A stretch of DNA of 64,000 nucleotides from Tubulanus polymorphus (lineage: Eukaryota > Animalia > Nemertea). The translations under genes and the position numbers were made by a program. Under the pieces are notes generated by a model that worked only from the letters and a program-made list of their open reading frames with translations, was not told where the DNA came from and searched no databases. Of this stretch, positions 1-35,088 are shown in pieces (position 1 is the first letter of the stretch; every line of letters starts with the position of its first letter). The stretch covers positions 3,247,950 to 3,311,949 of the forward strand of contig NC_134026.1 of NCBI RefSeq assembly GCF_964204645.1. Direction: 5' to 3'.

Positions 1-4
1 GCAG

Positions 5-3000
5 CCTCGGAAAGACGTTACGTTATTACAACTGGAAAAAGATTTACGCAGTAAAGTCGAAGAGCTGACGAAAATCAAGAACGATCGTTTGAAAACGCTG
101 AACGTGTTACAGACTGCCGAACAGAAACTATGTGACGTGCTGTGTGCCACTCCGTATTATATACCATCCGGTTCCGTTCCAACTCCGACCCAACTTGATG
201 AGTTGCAGCAGCATACTGCTATGCTTAAAGCTGAAAAGGTATCGAATCATGCGCCAATACTGTGTAACAGTCAGCGGCGGGCGCAGAAAAACCCTGTTAG
301 CCTAACCGTGGTTAGTGGCTTATCCGTGGTTAGGCTAACCAGATTGAAATAAGAGGCCGCACGAAGAATTTGTCAGCTAACAGCGTTTTCCTGCGCCCAT
401 TTATACCTAATCACAGTGTACTAACCATGGTTAGCACTGACAGGTTTTTGTGCGCCCACCCCCAGTTTTGTCCACTCATCCTATTCATTGGTTCCTTGAA
501 AATCTGATTTTGAGAATTGACTCGAAACGAAAATGACCGGTGAAAATAGGTTTCAAAGCCTTAACTGTTGACATGAAGATACCTGGCCGATGTTTTAAAT
601 GGTAAAAGTAAATTTGTATTTTTCAGGAAAAACGTGTGGTCGTCTTCCGCGAGACTAAGCAGAAAATCGTCGCCCTTCTCGAAGAGCTGGAAGAGTGTCC
701 AAATACGTCTTTCGAACGAGACATGTTGTGTGAGGAAGATGAATGTTTTCAGTTGTCGCCTGATAACATGAAAGCCATTCAGAATTTACACAAAGAGGTA
801 CCTACAATATTGCAACCAGCATTGAAATGAAAGTTTGAAAAGATAGTTAATGATTTTTCAAGTAAATTTTAGAAAAACTTCGAGCCACGGTTTTTGATAT
901 TTTTAAATTTTTAACTCATTTCCAGTTGGAACAAAAGCAGAAGGATAATTTCTCATTGGCCGCGGAGCTGCGCGATCGGTTAAATGTGTTGTGGATTCGA
1001 TTGGAAACTGCCGAGGAAGAAAGGGCACAATTCAGTTCGATGCATACTGGATTTAAACCTGCTGTTATACAGTCTGTACGTAAACGTGATCCCCTAATAT
1101 TCTCGTCGACACGCTCTATAATCATTCGAGTGAAATATGATTAATGATTTTGTTTTCGTGGTTTTTTTAACCAGCTTAGAGAAGAGATCGCCAGATGTGA
1201 ACTACTGAAGTTCGAAAACATGAAAAAGTTTGTCGACGGCGCGAGGAAAGAGTTGGTCGAATGGTGGGATAAATGTTTCTACAGTCCACAACAAAGGGAT
1301 GAATTCAGACCGTTTACTTGCAGTGAGTCAGATTGAAATCCGATTAGATATCATTCGGAGATTAATGCTTCAATTGTAATAAAAGAAAATGATTTTCTAC
1401 TCTAGCTGAATATACCGAGGACCTTCTTGATTTGCATGAGAGCGAGTTGCGAAAGTTGAAAGCCTACTACGATACTTACAAGACTCTGCTGGATCGGTTG
1501 AATAAGAGACAAGTTCTGTGGCTGGAATATCTCGAAATCGACGTACGTTGTTGAGTTATAGTCGACGATGTTTGTCGTTTTATTTGATTTTGATTGTTTT
1601 CACACTGTGGACACTGTGAATATGTTTATTTATTTTCTAGAGGAGGCAGAGCGATCCGAATCGTTTTACAAATCGCGGAGGTAATTTACTCGCCGAAGAG
1701 AAGAAGCGTAAGAAGATGCTTAAAGATTTACCAAGGGTATGATCATTTTAAATCTTAAGTCGACATCACACAATTGTTTTTAGCCGATTAGGCCCGGGCC
1801 CACCATTCACACTGGTGTCAAATCGACTTGTACCTGTTTGGAACCAGTGCCAAATTTGGCGCGACCAAAAATGTGGAACCAGGCCAGTACCAAATTTTAG
1901 CACAGGTCAAATTATTGCGTGTGAATTGCAACTGTTTCTGGAAATGACTCACTTTGCTTTGTTTTTTTTAAATAGTATTGTCTAGTATCAAGTGAATGGT
2001 TAACGTGTGGCCACACACTCTTGACCTGGGCCAAACCCTCTCCGCGCGATTGCAGCTTTCATACTTGACAAGGTTGAAATGTTCCTCTCTGTTTTTTTAG
2101 CTGGAAGAAGAACTATGCGATCTTATCAATAGATGGGAAGAGGAGAACGAGAAAGAATTTCTCGTCGAGGGACAGAGGTTTAATATCTACGTGAAACATC
2201 AGTGGGCGAATTACAAAGTACAGAAAGAAAATGAAAAAGCGCAAAGGGTAAGTACGCAGCGGACTTGACATTACTAGCAATCGTTTATAGTAGAGCCTGG
2301 GTTTATTTCGCTTTTCCTAAATTGACGCTCGTGTTTTTAGAAAAATTTACGCGCCAGAATAACCGAAGAGGAAATGTACTGGGGAAGTAAACCGACACCT
2401 AGCAAACGTCGATTCCTCGGCACACCGGGGAAAACACCAAACTCGAAAATGCGAAAGGTAAAACAAACGACGTCGCTTCGAATTTATTGATAGATAATTG
2501 GAATGTGCTTCTAGGTTGCTGTATGTAGCTTCATAACCTGCAATGCACTCGATCGAAGTAGGCTAAGTGAAGTTTATATTGGGATGTTCTATTTCATATG
2601 CTTCTTTTCATGATGGCTTCACCTAAACTGTGCGAACCACCAGGATGTAATCTTCCTGTTTGATAACAAACTTTGCCTAACTAACGCTGATAACTAGAAG
2701 ATACTCCAAAAATTGTTTCCATTTTGCTTTTATTATATAACTAATGTTTTTTTTTTTTTTTTTTTTTTTCATTGATCTAATGTTTTCTAGTGTGATTTGG
2801 GTAAAACTCCTTGCACTCCTAAAAACCCGGTGTCTTTGTTGAGAGTTACGAAGGTAATCTTTGATGGAAATACACCTCGAGCCAAGTGACAGTTTTCGTG
2901 CGAGGGGCCAGCTTCACAAAATCTCGTGATTCAATTATTTATCTTTGAAAATAAGCAGCGGTAGATGCCAGTAGTAATATTTTGTTTCGTGCAGCTGGGC

Positions 3001-4977
3001 CCCTTTATCTATCACCAAACAGATCAATCTCTACAAATGTGCCAAATCATGTTTAAACTATTATATCATGTCTTTAATGCTATTAATCTTTCACTGCACT
3101 CATGATATGTATTTGATGCACTGTGATCTAGATGCTTCAGCACATGTGCTCAATGTTATCAATTATCAATCTTCTTAAATCGTATTCCATTTCTGCAATT
3201 TCAACATTGACTCGTATCATGAATAAAGAATTTTAACTTTTATTCCCCTGAATTTGAGTACTTAACTTACTACCTGTACATTAGCAATGTGTATAAGACA
3301 TGTGAAGAAGAAGCCTGGAATATTTATGGACAGTTTTGGAAGTTGCCTTGAAATACATGCAGCGTGTATTCTTTCTTTTTAGTTGAATGAAACGAAAACT
3401 CCCGGTTCAGTGAGTCGAATTAACCACACTAGTTTATTCGCGTCTCCAGCCGTCGGGCGCGCTCCGAAAGCACCATCAGCTGTCAATAAATCTAAACTGA
3501 AAAGAAAATCCCTTTCAAAAGTGAGTAATATCTTCATGTGTTTCAAAATGAAGAATTTCGATCGAGAAAACTCGTAAAATACCTATCTAATGATTGTAAT
3601 TTCTCCCGTTCGCTGTAGGGTTCTCGAAGATTACGTCCTAGTACGGAGAGCCAGCGTAAGTTCATGTTAATGGATAAATCTAACAACACGACTAGCGGCG
3701 TTAGTTCAAACGGTGATTCGACACATATGTCAACGATGTCTATTTCATCTGGATTGTCGTATCAAGACTTCACGGTCAGTTAGCGGTCCTATATTAGCTT
3801 TTTCGTTGCATACACTTTGAAATTTGTTTATTGTGAAGGAATATGCTCAGTTTCCGTTAATTTTGGGAGTCATGTCTTTCTTTTTTTCTAGCGTTTTCAG
3901 ATGGAAATTTGATTTCTCCCTGTTTACTCATTATGGGTAAGCTGAAAACTCGAGCTAAAAATCACAGTATTCTAATTTCAAGGCACTTTCGACGTTTCAT
4001 CGCACACTTCAGACTAAACAATTTGCTTCAAGCGCTGCTGCCATCTAGTGTCTCATTTGAAAACTAGATGGTCATGCATACAATCTCTTTGTTTACCTTC
4101 GCAGAATTGTTTATCAGGAATAGCCTTCTAGGTCCAAGGCAAACATTCAGTACTATCAGTTCGAATAAGAAGAAACGAACTATTTTTGTTACATATTGTT
4201 CGGGACAAAACTTTTGTTCAATGAGATAATTCGTAGAATTGACTGACAATTTTTCTCTGAACTGGTTGACTAACAAATTCGCCAATTTATATGAGAATAA
4301 CTCACTAATTCAACCACGTTGCTAATTTGTTCAGTTGTTAAATTTTTACGTCTATATTTCCTCTTGGTTCAATGTCATGAATTATTATTACTAACATAGT
4401 TCATAATTATACCTGACACAGCAACTATTGTCAGATGGTTGGGTGAATATGCTGATGTCAGCAGCTATGTAAGTTATTATTCAGGTGGGCACACATTGCT
4501 GTCGATATAGACTCCTGCTGTGACTGTTGTTAACAGACACCAATAGGCTGAACACAACAACCCATATAAATTGACCTCGGTAAATTGTCTTGGTCATAAA
4601 TGTAGACTGCTTATCCCCATATGTGCAGCTGAAGTATATGACAACAGCATTTCTAGCTTTCAATGTATTGACCTTATTTACCAGTATACGAGATACAGGA
4701 TATCTGTTGTATACAAGACAGGCTGCATTTATATGAGTCTTAACCCCGGAATACTTGTTTATTCATGATTCATTTTAACATATACCCAGTGGTGCGTTAT
4801 TGTAGGAAATGATATCGGCCCCTAGAACTGCTTTTATTTCTCGCGACGAAAATATATCTTCTAGTGATATTCTATTTTTCATTACAGAATGGCTTGAACA
4901 CGAAAGAAAGACCGTATTGTCGAAGTAGCGTACTTCACCACGGACAAAGCACACATTCTCGTGTGACAGGGCTGTGA
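5..4977 (+). CDS. PRC1: Protein regulator of cytokinesis 1 (MAP65/Ase1 family), 5'-truncated by the window edge
   Basis: Phase-compatible GT-AG exons 5-238, 627-797, 926-1075, 1175-1322, 1406-1542, 1641-1736, 2101-2247, 2341-2457, (2791-2853), 3383-3520, 3619-3774, 4888-4977 (TGA). Translation contains TLLQLEKDLR, WWDKCFYS and the MAP65/Ase1 signature DPNRFTNRGGNLLAEEK. AATAAA at about 6020. Confidence 0.95.
276..460. mobile_element. MITE-like element in a PRC1 intron
   Basis: About 40-bp imperfect terminal inverted repeats: ggcgggcgcagaaaaaccctgttagcctaaccgtggttagt at the left, actaaccatggttagcactgacaggtttttgtgcgcccacc at the right. Internal ctaacc/ggttag palindromes. Confidence 0.65.
1795..2070 (+). 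repeat. Dispersed repeat, copy 1 (probable non-autonomous DNA transposon remnant)
   Basis: Collinear similarity to about 15850-16072: ttcacactggtg, ctggaaa..ctcactt, tagtatcaa, ttgacc(t/c)(g/t)ggccaaa..ctcc....gattgc. Confidence 0.55.
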
Positions 4978-6471
4978 ATCTTATAGAGCGTGTGTGTGAT
5001 TGTATCTATCGATTGCTGTGCTCACTCTCTGCTACGTGCGTTCTCGTCGTCTGCCGCTGGTGAAGCCAACTCTTCATTCCATGTAACAGCTGTAAATATA
5101 AAACCTACAGGCACTCGGCATGAAAACTCTGCCAGTACTTAATCAACAATTTTTATACAGATTTTATCTGAATGAAGAATTGTGCAATTCAAAATCCTAC
5201 GAACGTAATATATGTTCAATTGAATTGGAAATGTCTCCTGTGCCTGGATAATGTGTAAAGGAATTGTATGTAACAGAATGAATGGTTTTTCTGATGAAGT
5301 TTTCGTTAATGAAGGAATGTGTAAATTATCTAAATCCCTCACGACAATTTGGTTACTGGGCAATGTGGTTGCTCATAAGCATATGGTAGAACTTCTGACT
5401 GTTCAGCATTTGATGTTTTGGTGAATATTTCATTTCTTGCATGTGGCAACACGCTGTTGAACTAGTTCAATTTAGGTCCCTTGGTAGATATAGATTAATG
5501 CAAAGTTCAGAAGTTGAGATTTCGTCGTCTGGCTTTGGTTCTAGCCTATTTGTCAATACAGAAATATAGAGCAAGAAAATGGTCTATAAATGTTAGAACA
5601 ACATGTGTACATGACTGATTTAATTCCTACCGTCCACATTTATATCCATTGTATTTTATCTACGTAGATAGCTGTTAATAATATTCCACTGATTTTATCT
5701 ATGTATTTCTATTAGTGCGTATTTAATGTGAGCATTTTAAACATGTTTTTCTACTTAATCAACTGAACGGTGGATGATCTATAATCCTATATAAACTTAT
5801 CTGTAAAATACATATATGGTGATGTTCATTTTCATGGCTGTAATACATCATTCCAATGCATTTTATGATTGCGTAATTTCAGTAGTTTGTTTTTTGCTGT
5901 TAATAGCTTTGCACTCGGGTCTTTATTTCATTAAGCATCATTCGGTATTGTGATATTATCAAAATTAGTTAGACTTGTCCGAGGACAGCAAATTGTGCAA
6001 TTTGTGAGCTTGCCTTATCAATAAAACCAGTAAAATTCCAAATATTCAGCACTTTTCCTTCTAATGATTTTTGAGCATTGCAATTGTTTTGATGAAATGC
6101 AGGTTCCTGCTGTTGTCGTACAGGTCTCTACTGACGTACCATGCACTGCACACTAATCAATATTCCTATGCCAGGCAACGCTTGTTATGCTGTGTAAATA
6201 TATGGAAGATAAGCGAGTCTTCATTCTACGTTATGGACAAATATGGATACGTCACAGACGCCCACATTCGAAGGACTGGGAGACCAGTAAATGTCCAACC
6301 TAATTTTGAATTCAAGTACATGGGTTGTTGGGTGATTATTCGACTTCAAACATATGAAACATCATAATAGAATATCCATGCCATGGAACCAGAGGATTGC
6401 AAAGGGGAACATGTAAAGGAGCCACCCCTATTTGTTTGGTACTCCTTGACCTCCTTAGGTACTTCATTGGT

Positions 6472-6787
6472 CAGTGGCGGATTTAGCCTACCGCACTTGC
6501 TGCTAATGCGGTAGTCAACATTTTTCCTCTAACAACATTTTACTTATTTCATGGATGGACTTGACTTAGCTGATTCCTTGGAAAAAAGTACCCATAACAG
6601 GATTTTTCCCTTCCAAAACCCAGGAAATGTCATCTCAGCCCTTTAAATTCTTCAAAATTATCTGGGGGAGAACCCCAAACCCCCCGTGGGCACGTCATGC
6701 CTTCGGCACTCGTATGGCACATCTTGTGCCTTTGGCACTCGGTTGCCGAAATGCGGTAGTCATATTATGCCTCTGGATCCGCCACTG
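6472..6787. mobile_element. Non-autonomous DNA transposon (hAT-like termini) with 5-bp TSD
   Basis: TIRs cagtggcggat ... atccgccactg, flanked by direct repeat TTGGT (6467-6471 and 6788-6792). Confidence 0.75.
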
Positions 6788-9676
6788 TTGGTCTGCCATA
6801 CTTTTTTTGTGTTAAACCATCACGACATGTCGAGGATCTTAATTAGCTCCCAGCTTCACGATTATAAGAGAGTGTACACTTAAGATGTTTATGTCTGTAT
6901 ATCTATCAAGTACGGGCTAGGATCCACCCCAACTACACAAGGTTCATGAGGCATTGAAATGAGTTGAATTGGAAAGTGATTGATTTGATATTTCATGGGC
7001 GGCAAATATAGACAAGGCTCTGTGCATATTCTGCCCGAACGAAGAAGTTTCATAAGCAGGCATAGGGCAGTACCTAGAACTTAAATTTTGGGGACTGTTT
7101 GTATAGCACCAGTAATATTTGCAAAAAGGACACTTTTTCCAAAATTACTGGAATATGGCACATGGTAAATTTGCACTGTAAAACTCGATTGGTTAGGAAA
7201 ATAAACCTATACTTCGCAATAAAAACTGGCAGAAGGTTTTGATGAATTCAAAGCAGCAGTTCCTCAGCGCTCCAGCAATAATCAGATTAACAGTTCTTTA
7301 TTACTATTATTAGCCGTGGAAACTTGTTTCTTATTGGCACATGGTAATGAATCCATTGATTATTCAAAATAAAATATCAATGGTGGCAATGTGCCAGCAA
7401 GTTTATGTTTAAATCCCACTTCATACACAGTCTAGAACTTTAATAGCGAATTTTATTTCAACTCTGTGTATAGTGGGTTTTAAACTTATTATCTCTACTC
7501 CATGTCAGAGATTCTACTAATTAAAGTGGATTGTTTTCTCAGCTGAAAAAGAAAATTATTTTGCTCACACACATTCATACATCTTACACGATGACCACAC
7601 ATCATTCATTCATTGTGTACATTAGGACCAGATTCACTGGGTCCTAACTGTACTTTTACAAAGAAGCTAAGCCAGGTAGGCACACACCTTTCTATTTCTG
7701 GGACATTTGGTGGGTTCTTAAAAGAACCCGGGGATAGAAGTGGTTTTTCTGTGGTCTGTAGTAGGAAGGATAGCGTGTCGAGTCTTCTGACAATTTCTCT
7801 TCGTCGGTGGATTTCTAGTTGATTCTCTTCGGAACTTTGCTGAAATACTTCATCTCTCTTCTCATAGTTTATCTGGCGTGAGTTGGTTAGGTTGACGTCT
7901 TCTCCGGTGACCGATTCTTAGCTTTCAATAACCGTCAAGCCTCATGCCTAATTTTGCCCCAAAATATTCCCAGAAATTTCATAAATACCCCGGAACAGTG
8001 ATCCTTGGCTGGCCAACATTGACACATGAATAAGGTCTTAAAGTGTGAGAAGTATAAGCGCTATACTCTTATTTAAATGCATAAAACCCTATTTTGAGCT
8101 GCTCATGAATTGTGCGAATAATCTTTTTGTTCAAATAGTATTCTCTTAACAAGTATTCATTCAGTAAGTAAACAAAGTTCCCATTTATAGTTCGGTATTA
8201 TACAATAGTAATACTGCAAATTCAACTTCCAAAATGCACGTTTGGCAGATAATAATAATGTATTTCGTACTAAGTTAACTAGTACACCCATCCATATAGA
8301 TTAACAGTAGGTTCTCGATTGATTATGATTTTATCAACTTTCGAAAATTGACCCAATACATTTCAACATATAGGCTCAATAGAATTAACGTGAACTAAAA
8401 TAAAAAGATCTTCTGAATTAGCTTTTGGCTCATTAATTATTAACAAATTTCGAATAAATAATAATCAGAAAAAGTTTAAGCACTATATATATATATATAT
8501 TATCCAAGCTGATAAACCACCTTCACCTTAGACCCCTTAATTTATAATAATAATTCAATGCTTAAGAGAAGGGCCTGAAATTTTTACATTGTGTTGAATG
8601 AATTTATAGATAAATATTCAAAAATAAATTTTGTCATTCCAAACGATCAGCTTAGTAAATCTTCAAAACAAAATGCGCGCCACGATATTTTCGTAACATA
8701 CTCGCAGACAATAGAATATTAAGATATGTAAATCAATCTCCGAGTATGTGGAGGCGACATCTATGAATTTAGTTGCAAATCTTGCGTTATTTTTAAGTTG
8801 GTCACAATAAAAGCAGTTCATAAGAATCATAATCATCTAAAATATCTGATATGTATAAATATCATTAACTATCCGGATGGGTTTGACGACTTTTATCACA
8901 AGTTTTACTAGTTTAGCACCAATACCCCGACCCCCGAACCCGTATTACAAAACATACCCATACAAACCCCGTTTCTTGTAATTATTGCAATGCCCATAAC
9001 ACAATGCACGTCGACATCCAGAAAAACCTGAAACGTCGGCGCAATTTCAATTTGGAAGTTGACTTTTTCATAACAGCAGTCATGGTATAAATAATAGACC
9101 TAGAAATCCACCGAACTTTTAAATATTTACAGGTAAAAATAAATCTGTGTTTTAAAGATGAAATTGTCAGTAGCCACAAGACTTGTAGGTAGCATATCTA
9201 GCGGAATTATTTACATTTAATCGAACTAAATATGAATAGTAGAACTAGCGTAGTTTAGCGGTTTGGGGACAAATTCTGTGAATTCGAAGTTTTTAAGAAA
9301 CGAGTGCTTCATGAAATATCTATTGGAAGAAGTTTAAGACTAGGGAGAAAGACAGATTAGAAACATAATAGCGGTATGAATAATAAATCGATCTATACAA
9401 ATGTACACGTTTGATAATCAGACAAAATCACTCGAGAATTGGAATGAAAGAACCTTAACCGCAGTTGACTAGATTGTTTTAAACAATGTCATTTCAGCAG
9501 CGGTTAAGAGTTCGATCAACTAACGTCTGATCATAATATTATTTGGAATGACGATAATAAGTTTTAACAACTATCACATAGTCAAATCTCTTGGTCACGT
9601 TGATTAATTCAATGATAAAAATGCTCAATTTACGTGTGTTAATGTATCTATAGAAGATAAAGCACCATCAGGACGA

Positions 9677-10114
9677 TTATGCCTGAACATTGAGCAGCAT
9701 TTTCAGCTGATGTGCCATTGCTGAATACTGGGTCGGGGCTGGCGAAGCTAAAGGATCACTGTTGTTGTCATATTCAAACGAAAACCAATGAGTAGGTGGT
9801 TTTGGAAGCACCTTCGGCGATGGTGGGTCGCTAAATTTCGCTCCAGCATAGGCAGTCCCCAAAGTAGGGGGTGAAGCTGACTTGGACGGAGACCCGGTTA
9901 AGTTGGCAGCTAACTTCTGGTGGTCTGGTTTTGGTCTAATCATCTTCACTGGTGAACTTCTTTGTTTCTTCTGCTTCGGTGAAGGTGTTGACCTTTGACG
10001 GTTGTTGCGGCTGCCACTTTGCTGCTTGAATTGACCTTGTCCTTGTTGTTGGTCATTTCTGAGATCTTTATCCCCTGACATCATTTCTGAACGTGAAGTA
10101 CAACTTTGGCACAT
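9677..10114 (-). CDS. PNRC: Proline-rich nuclear receptor coactivator (PNRC1/2 family; DCP1/UPF1 adaptor)
   Basis: Family motif [22 protein letters not shown] and C-terminal LxxLL (LKMLLNVQA). Single coding exon. First in-frame ATG at 10114; ATGs at 10084/10081 are alternatives. Probable 5'UTR intron 10513-10609 (gaag|gtaaat ... ttgttgtgatag). Confidence 0.92.
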   Translation of the reverse strand: MCQSCTSRSEMMSGDKDLRNDQQQGQGQFKQQSGSRNNRQRSTPSPKQKKQRSSPVKMIRPKPDHQKLAANLTGSPSKSASPPTLGTAYAGAKFSDPPSPKVLPKPPTHWFSFEYDNNSDPLASPAPTQYSAMAHQLKMLLNVQA

Positions 10115-10789
10115 TTGAGACACAGTTGAAAGTTGCTTTGTTTAAGTCAATTGCTCGAGTATTCGAGCATATACAAAGAACTTTTCTTTTGTTAGTTGTT
10201 GTTGCACAGGCAAATCCGATGTAAACCTACACTACGATATGTGTAAGGCTTTATCACACTGTTTATATCGGTCAAACGAATTAATTAAATGCACTGTTGT
10301 TGACTGTAGCTGTCAACTCTAGACAAATCAACTTGTCTTCAACTCTTCTCAAAAAAGTACGCACACTTTACTATGTCTACGGTACACTGACTACAGTTCT
10401 CCTAAACTCTACGATAGGAACAACAATTTTTCCTCAGACTCAGCTTTGTGAACGAATGTTTCAGTCAATGTTCTGACTACGATCGCACTAAGTACAATAT
10501 ATTGTTATTATTCTATCACAACAAAACACGAAAGTTAAAGATGGCGTCCCACTGATGATCTGTCCTACTTTTTTTTGTGTGTAGAATCGACCTAATTCGG
10601 TCAATTTACCTTCAGATATCGCCACAACTTCTACGAATAACGCTCGCTAAAGCCAGTCGACGTCTTCTTCGACAATAATTCTACCGATGCGACGTCCAAA
10701 ATGCTCAAATATTCGACGATTTTCAGAGCAAAATACTGAGCTCTCGTCCCATCTCTCCTGACACAAAACTCTCTCAATCAACAACAATC

Positions 10790-11110
10790 CCCAGTCGACC
10801 AATCAGATCGCTAGAAATTAATCAGGTGCTCCAATTATTCCATATATGGAATATGACGTAGATGCCAAATATAGCTGCAATGAGTGACGAATTTCCAATG
10901 AAAATCCAGTACAATTACTCAAATTGAATAATTTTTTCAGGTTATCAGTTACGATTTCTATATAGAATCTGAACAAATTTTAATTTTTTTTGGATTTTTA
11001 GTTCGGTATATTTCGTTAGTTTCCGTCGAGGAGGTTTCGTACGGAAGTGACGTCATTTCAGTAGGCGGGGAATCCTTTTGTGGCAAGTGAGCGAGTGTCA
11101 CCACTGAACA
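10790..11110. promoter_or_regulatory. Bidirectional promoter between PNRC and RNF38/44
   Basis: CCAAT at about 10799; perfect CArG box CCATATATGG 10840-10849; TGACGTAG about 10855; overlapping ETS-CRE CGGAAGTGACGTCA 11042-11055; GGCGGGGA about 11064. Lies between two divergent 5' ends. Confidence 0.6.
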
Positions 11111-11677
11111 ATTCATGTGGAATCTACATACACTCAATGTGGACATGTCGTTCGTTAGTAGAGACTAGTAGAGAGGAAAGCGTTGCGATCGCGGTTCCAA
11201 TTCTATTCCGATCTGTTCTCGAGAATAAAACGCCCTGATCTTGTAGGGGCAAAAGTTATTGACTGCTTTTATACAACTACCACCATACAGTTGAGTTAGT
11301 ACACAAAAGTATTTGTTTTGTTTTTTCCACTGCTGACGTCGCAAATTATTTGAAATTTGTTTATCTGTCACTCTAGTCTAAAACTATAGTAGTGCTGTCA
11401 TTGAAAACAGGTAAGATTTCGTCGATTTTTGTTATTTTTTTCACATTAGAATTCTCAAAATTGTTTGTTCTCGTATACACAATTTATAAATGCGGCTTCC
11501 ATCATTTGGAAAAGAAGTAATAAGCAAGGCTTGGACAGACTTCCTGTCAGATATCGGAAGTTCACCTAGGCCTAGAGGTGTTATCAATATCAGTTGATCA
11601 ATGATAGTTAATATATGCCTAACTGTAAATAAACCGTTCGTTTGTACAAAATTTCAGCTCTATTCCGCACTTTGAAA

Positions 11678-32590
<20,913 letters not shown>

Positions 32591-35057
32591 AGAGGACGCT
32601 ACGGTCGCTACAATCATCAACAAAGACAATAAAACGATATAATAATATTGAAGCTAATAATAGTAATATCAATTGCTGGGAGGAAGATGACCATTTACTC
32701 GATATTATATCTGTCCAATCTATGTTCCACTGTAGAAAAAAAAACAGAGCCAAATAGTATCTGCTATCAATAAGTATATACAATAATGTTGTACCGGGTA
32801 TGCATGAATTTAACTCAGAAGTTGAATGTGTCTTGTTTGTTGTTAGTATTTTCTATACACCATTCCATATTTTCCATAAACTGTATAATATATCGACTTC
32901 ATTTCAGTACGTGTGTGCCTGTTACTCATATTTTTGTAGGCGTCATGTTTTTTTTTTCGTCACCACCATCTCGTTATATCGGGCTTTTTTAAACATAGGA
33001 ACGTTGGCCCCGCTGCATTCAGGTTCAATTCGTATCTAACTTATATCATCGCTGAATGATCTTTCGCTGCCATTGCTTTTCATACGGGTAGTCATCGCAA
33101 TTTGTAAGCATATCTGAACCAAATTCTGCAATATTTTCAGCGGTCGATCAATACCGAACAAACGCAATTAATGGCAGTTGAATTTTACCTTTTGAAAAAA
33201 TTCTGTATTGTTTAAGCTTCACGTTTCTGTAATACAATCATGCAATCTGTTGTCTCATATATTTAATCCCAAGCTTCTCTCAATTTCATGCAAATCTAGC
33301 ATTAGGTTTAGGTATCAGCTGGTATTTTATATTTGAACTAGTATTTTCGAGAGAGTATTGACGTGTGTAACAGCTGGTTCAGTCGATACAATTATTTATT
33401 AACAATGTCAAATCCTCTGATATATATACACTCGATATATTTCTGTAGTTTTCGATTTGCATGTTAATCAGGAACCAGTTCCATAGTTGAGCATAAGTTG
33501 TCAGACTGGCATTGCAAAAATGGAAAATGTATCACAAATTTTGACTACAAAAATCAGTTCCTTAGCACGCTGTTTTTCGATATGATCACAATAAGTTTGA
33601 ATTAGTGGATAGAATATTGTCTTTGATGAGAGAAATTTAGCTCACTACTGCACCTGGTTAACATCGATATTTAGAACTAATGCATGATTTTAAACGCAGC
33701 TTACTAATGGGAGCTGAATAATTTGACATTAGATTTTGCAAAACTTCGATCTCATCACTGTATGAATGTTGATCATCATATCATGTTTGTTTCATGTAAT
33801 CATCGGATATCATCGTCATCATAAACCTGTGTTCATGTACGACATGTGGGGGGGAGATGTGCCTTTGTAGTGTCATAAAGTGCCTGTTTTCATCGCCACA
33901 ATTCGAAATCGGTATCATTTTCATCATCGTAGCCGCTTTGTACGTTTTATGTTCCAATCAAAATTCCAAAAAATATATGCATAGCTCAATTATTTTTTAA
34001 GTTGTGTATTGGTGAGATGAGGTTTTTTTGTGTGCGAATAGCTCAGTTTTCTCAGTCAGGGGGGTGGGGGTGTTTCCTCAGAGTCGTGTCGGATTCCACT
34101 TCAATATAAAAATGTTGTGCGAATTTGTAAATCTATTACTGCTTAAGAATTTTGAATGCTCAACGGCGTCCGCCGCGTCGGCGAGTATTCGGAAGCTTTG
34201 ATTTTTATGTGATTCATTTTAAGCCGTCTTATAAAGAGAACCTGATACATGTATAAGAGACCGACTCGTCGGTCATTCATTCGAGTAATGAATAATTGAT
34301 ATAGTTCATTCGATATATATTTAGATATATATATATTTATATAGATATATATTTCAAATCAAACAATACAAACGTATAATGTTTAATGCACGCGATAGTA
34401 AAAATTTAGAATTGTCACATAATGGATGGAATGGAAGTGTTTCTAATGATGTGTTATTTTTTCAAATTTTTTGGCTTCTGTAGGACGTATATGAATACGG
34501 TAATTGATAATGCTTGGTCACCTTTGTAAGAAATCCTGCCCTGCGAATGTTATTATTTGATGAATTAATTATTAGGCCACTCTGTACATTTACTAAACTC
34601 AGTATTCATTTTGATTGATCCCTTCTACTACTAAAATCTTTTGGAATCTGTGTTTTACGTATGGAATTATTATATAAGCGTCATATATTCAGGTATTTGT
34701 TATATTCACGAAATGCATGGTTCTAAAAAAAATGCTACTTGAGTATAGCGAGGCGTTGCAAACCGACCGAAGTTGTGTCAACAACATCCAGGCCAGTCAG
34801 ACGTCGATGGAAGAAATCTCGATAGTAATTTTCCATGAGATATAGGATATGAAAGAATAAAAATGTTGGGAGTTTCCGTGATTTATTGCGAGATCTTTGT
34901 TTAAAAGGCGTCTGCTTTAGGTTTGGCATGTTGGAAAGTTAGTTCGTAACCCGACTTCTTTTTAAAACTCTGGTATTTACTTCTATGGTTCATATCTTCG
35001 TGGTTTAGGTAAACAAAAGCGTTATTGAAGGCTTCAACAAGTATATATACTTATATC

Positions 35058-35088
<31 letters not shown>

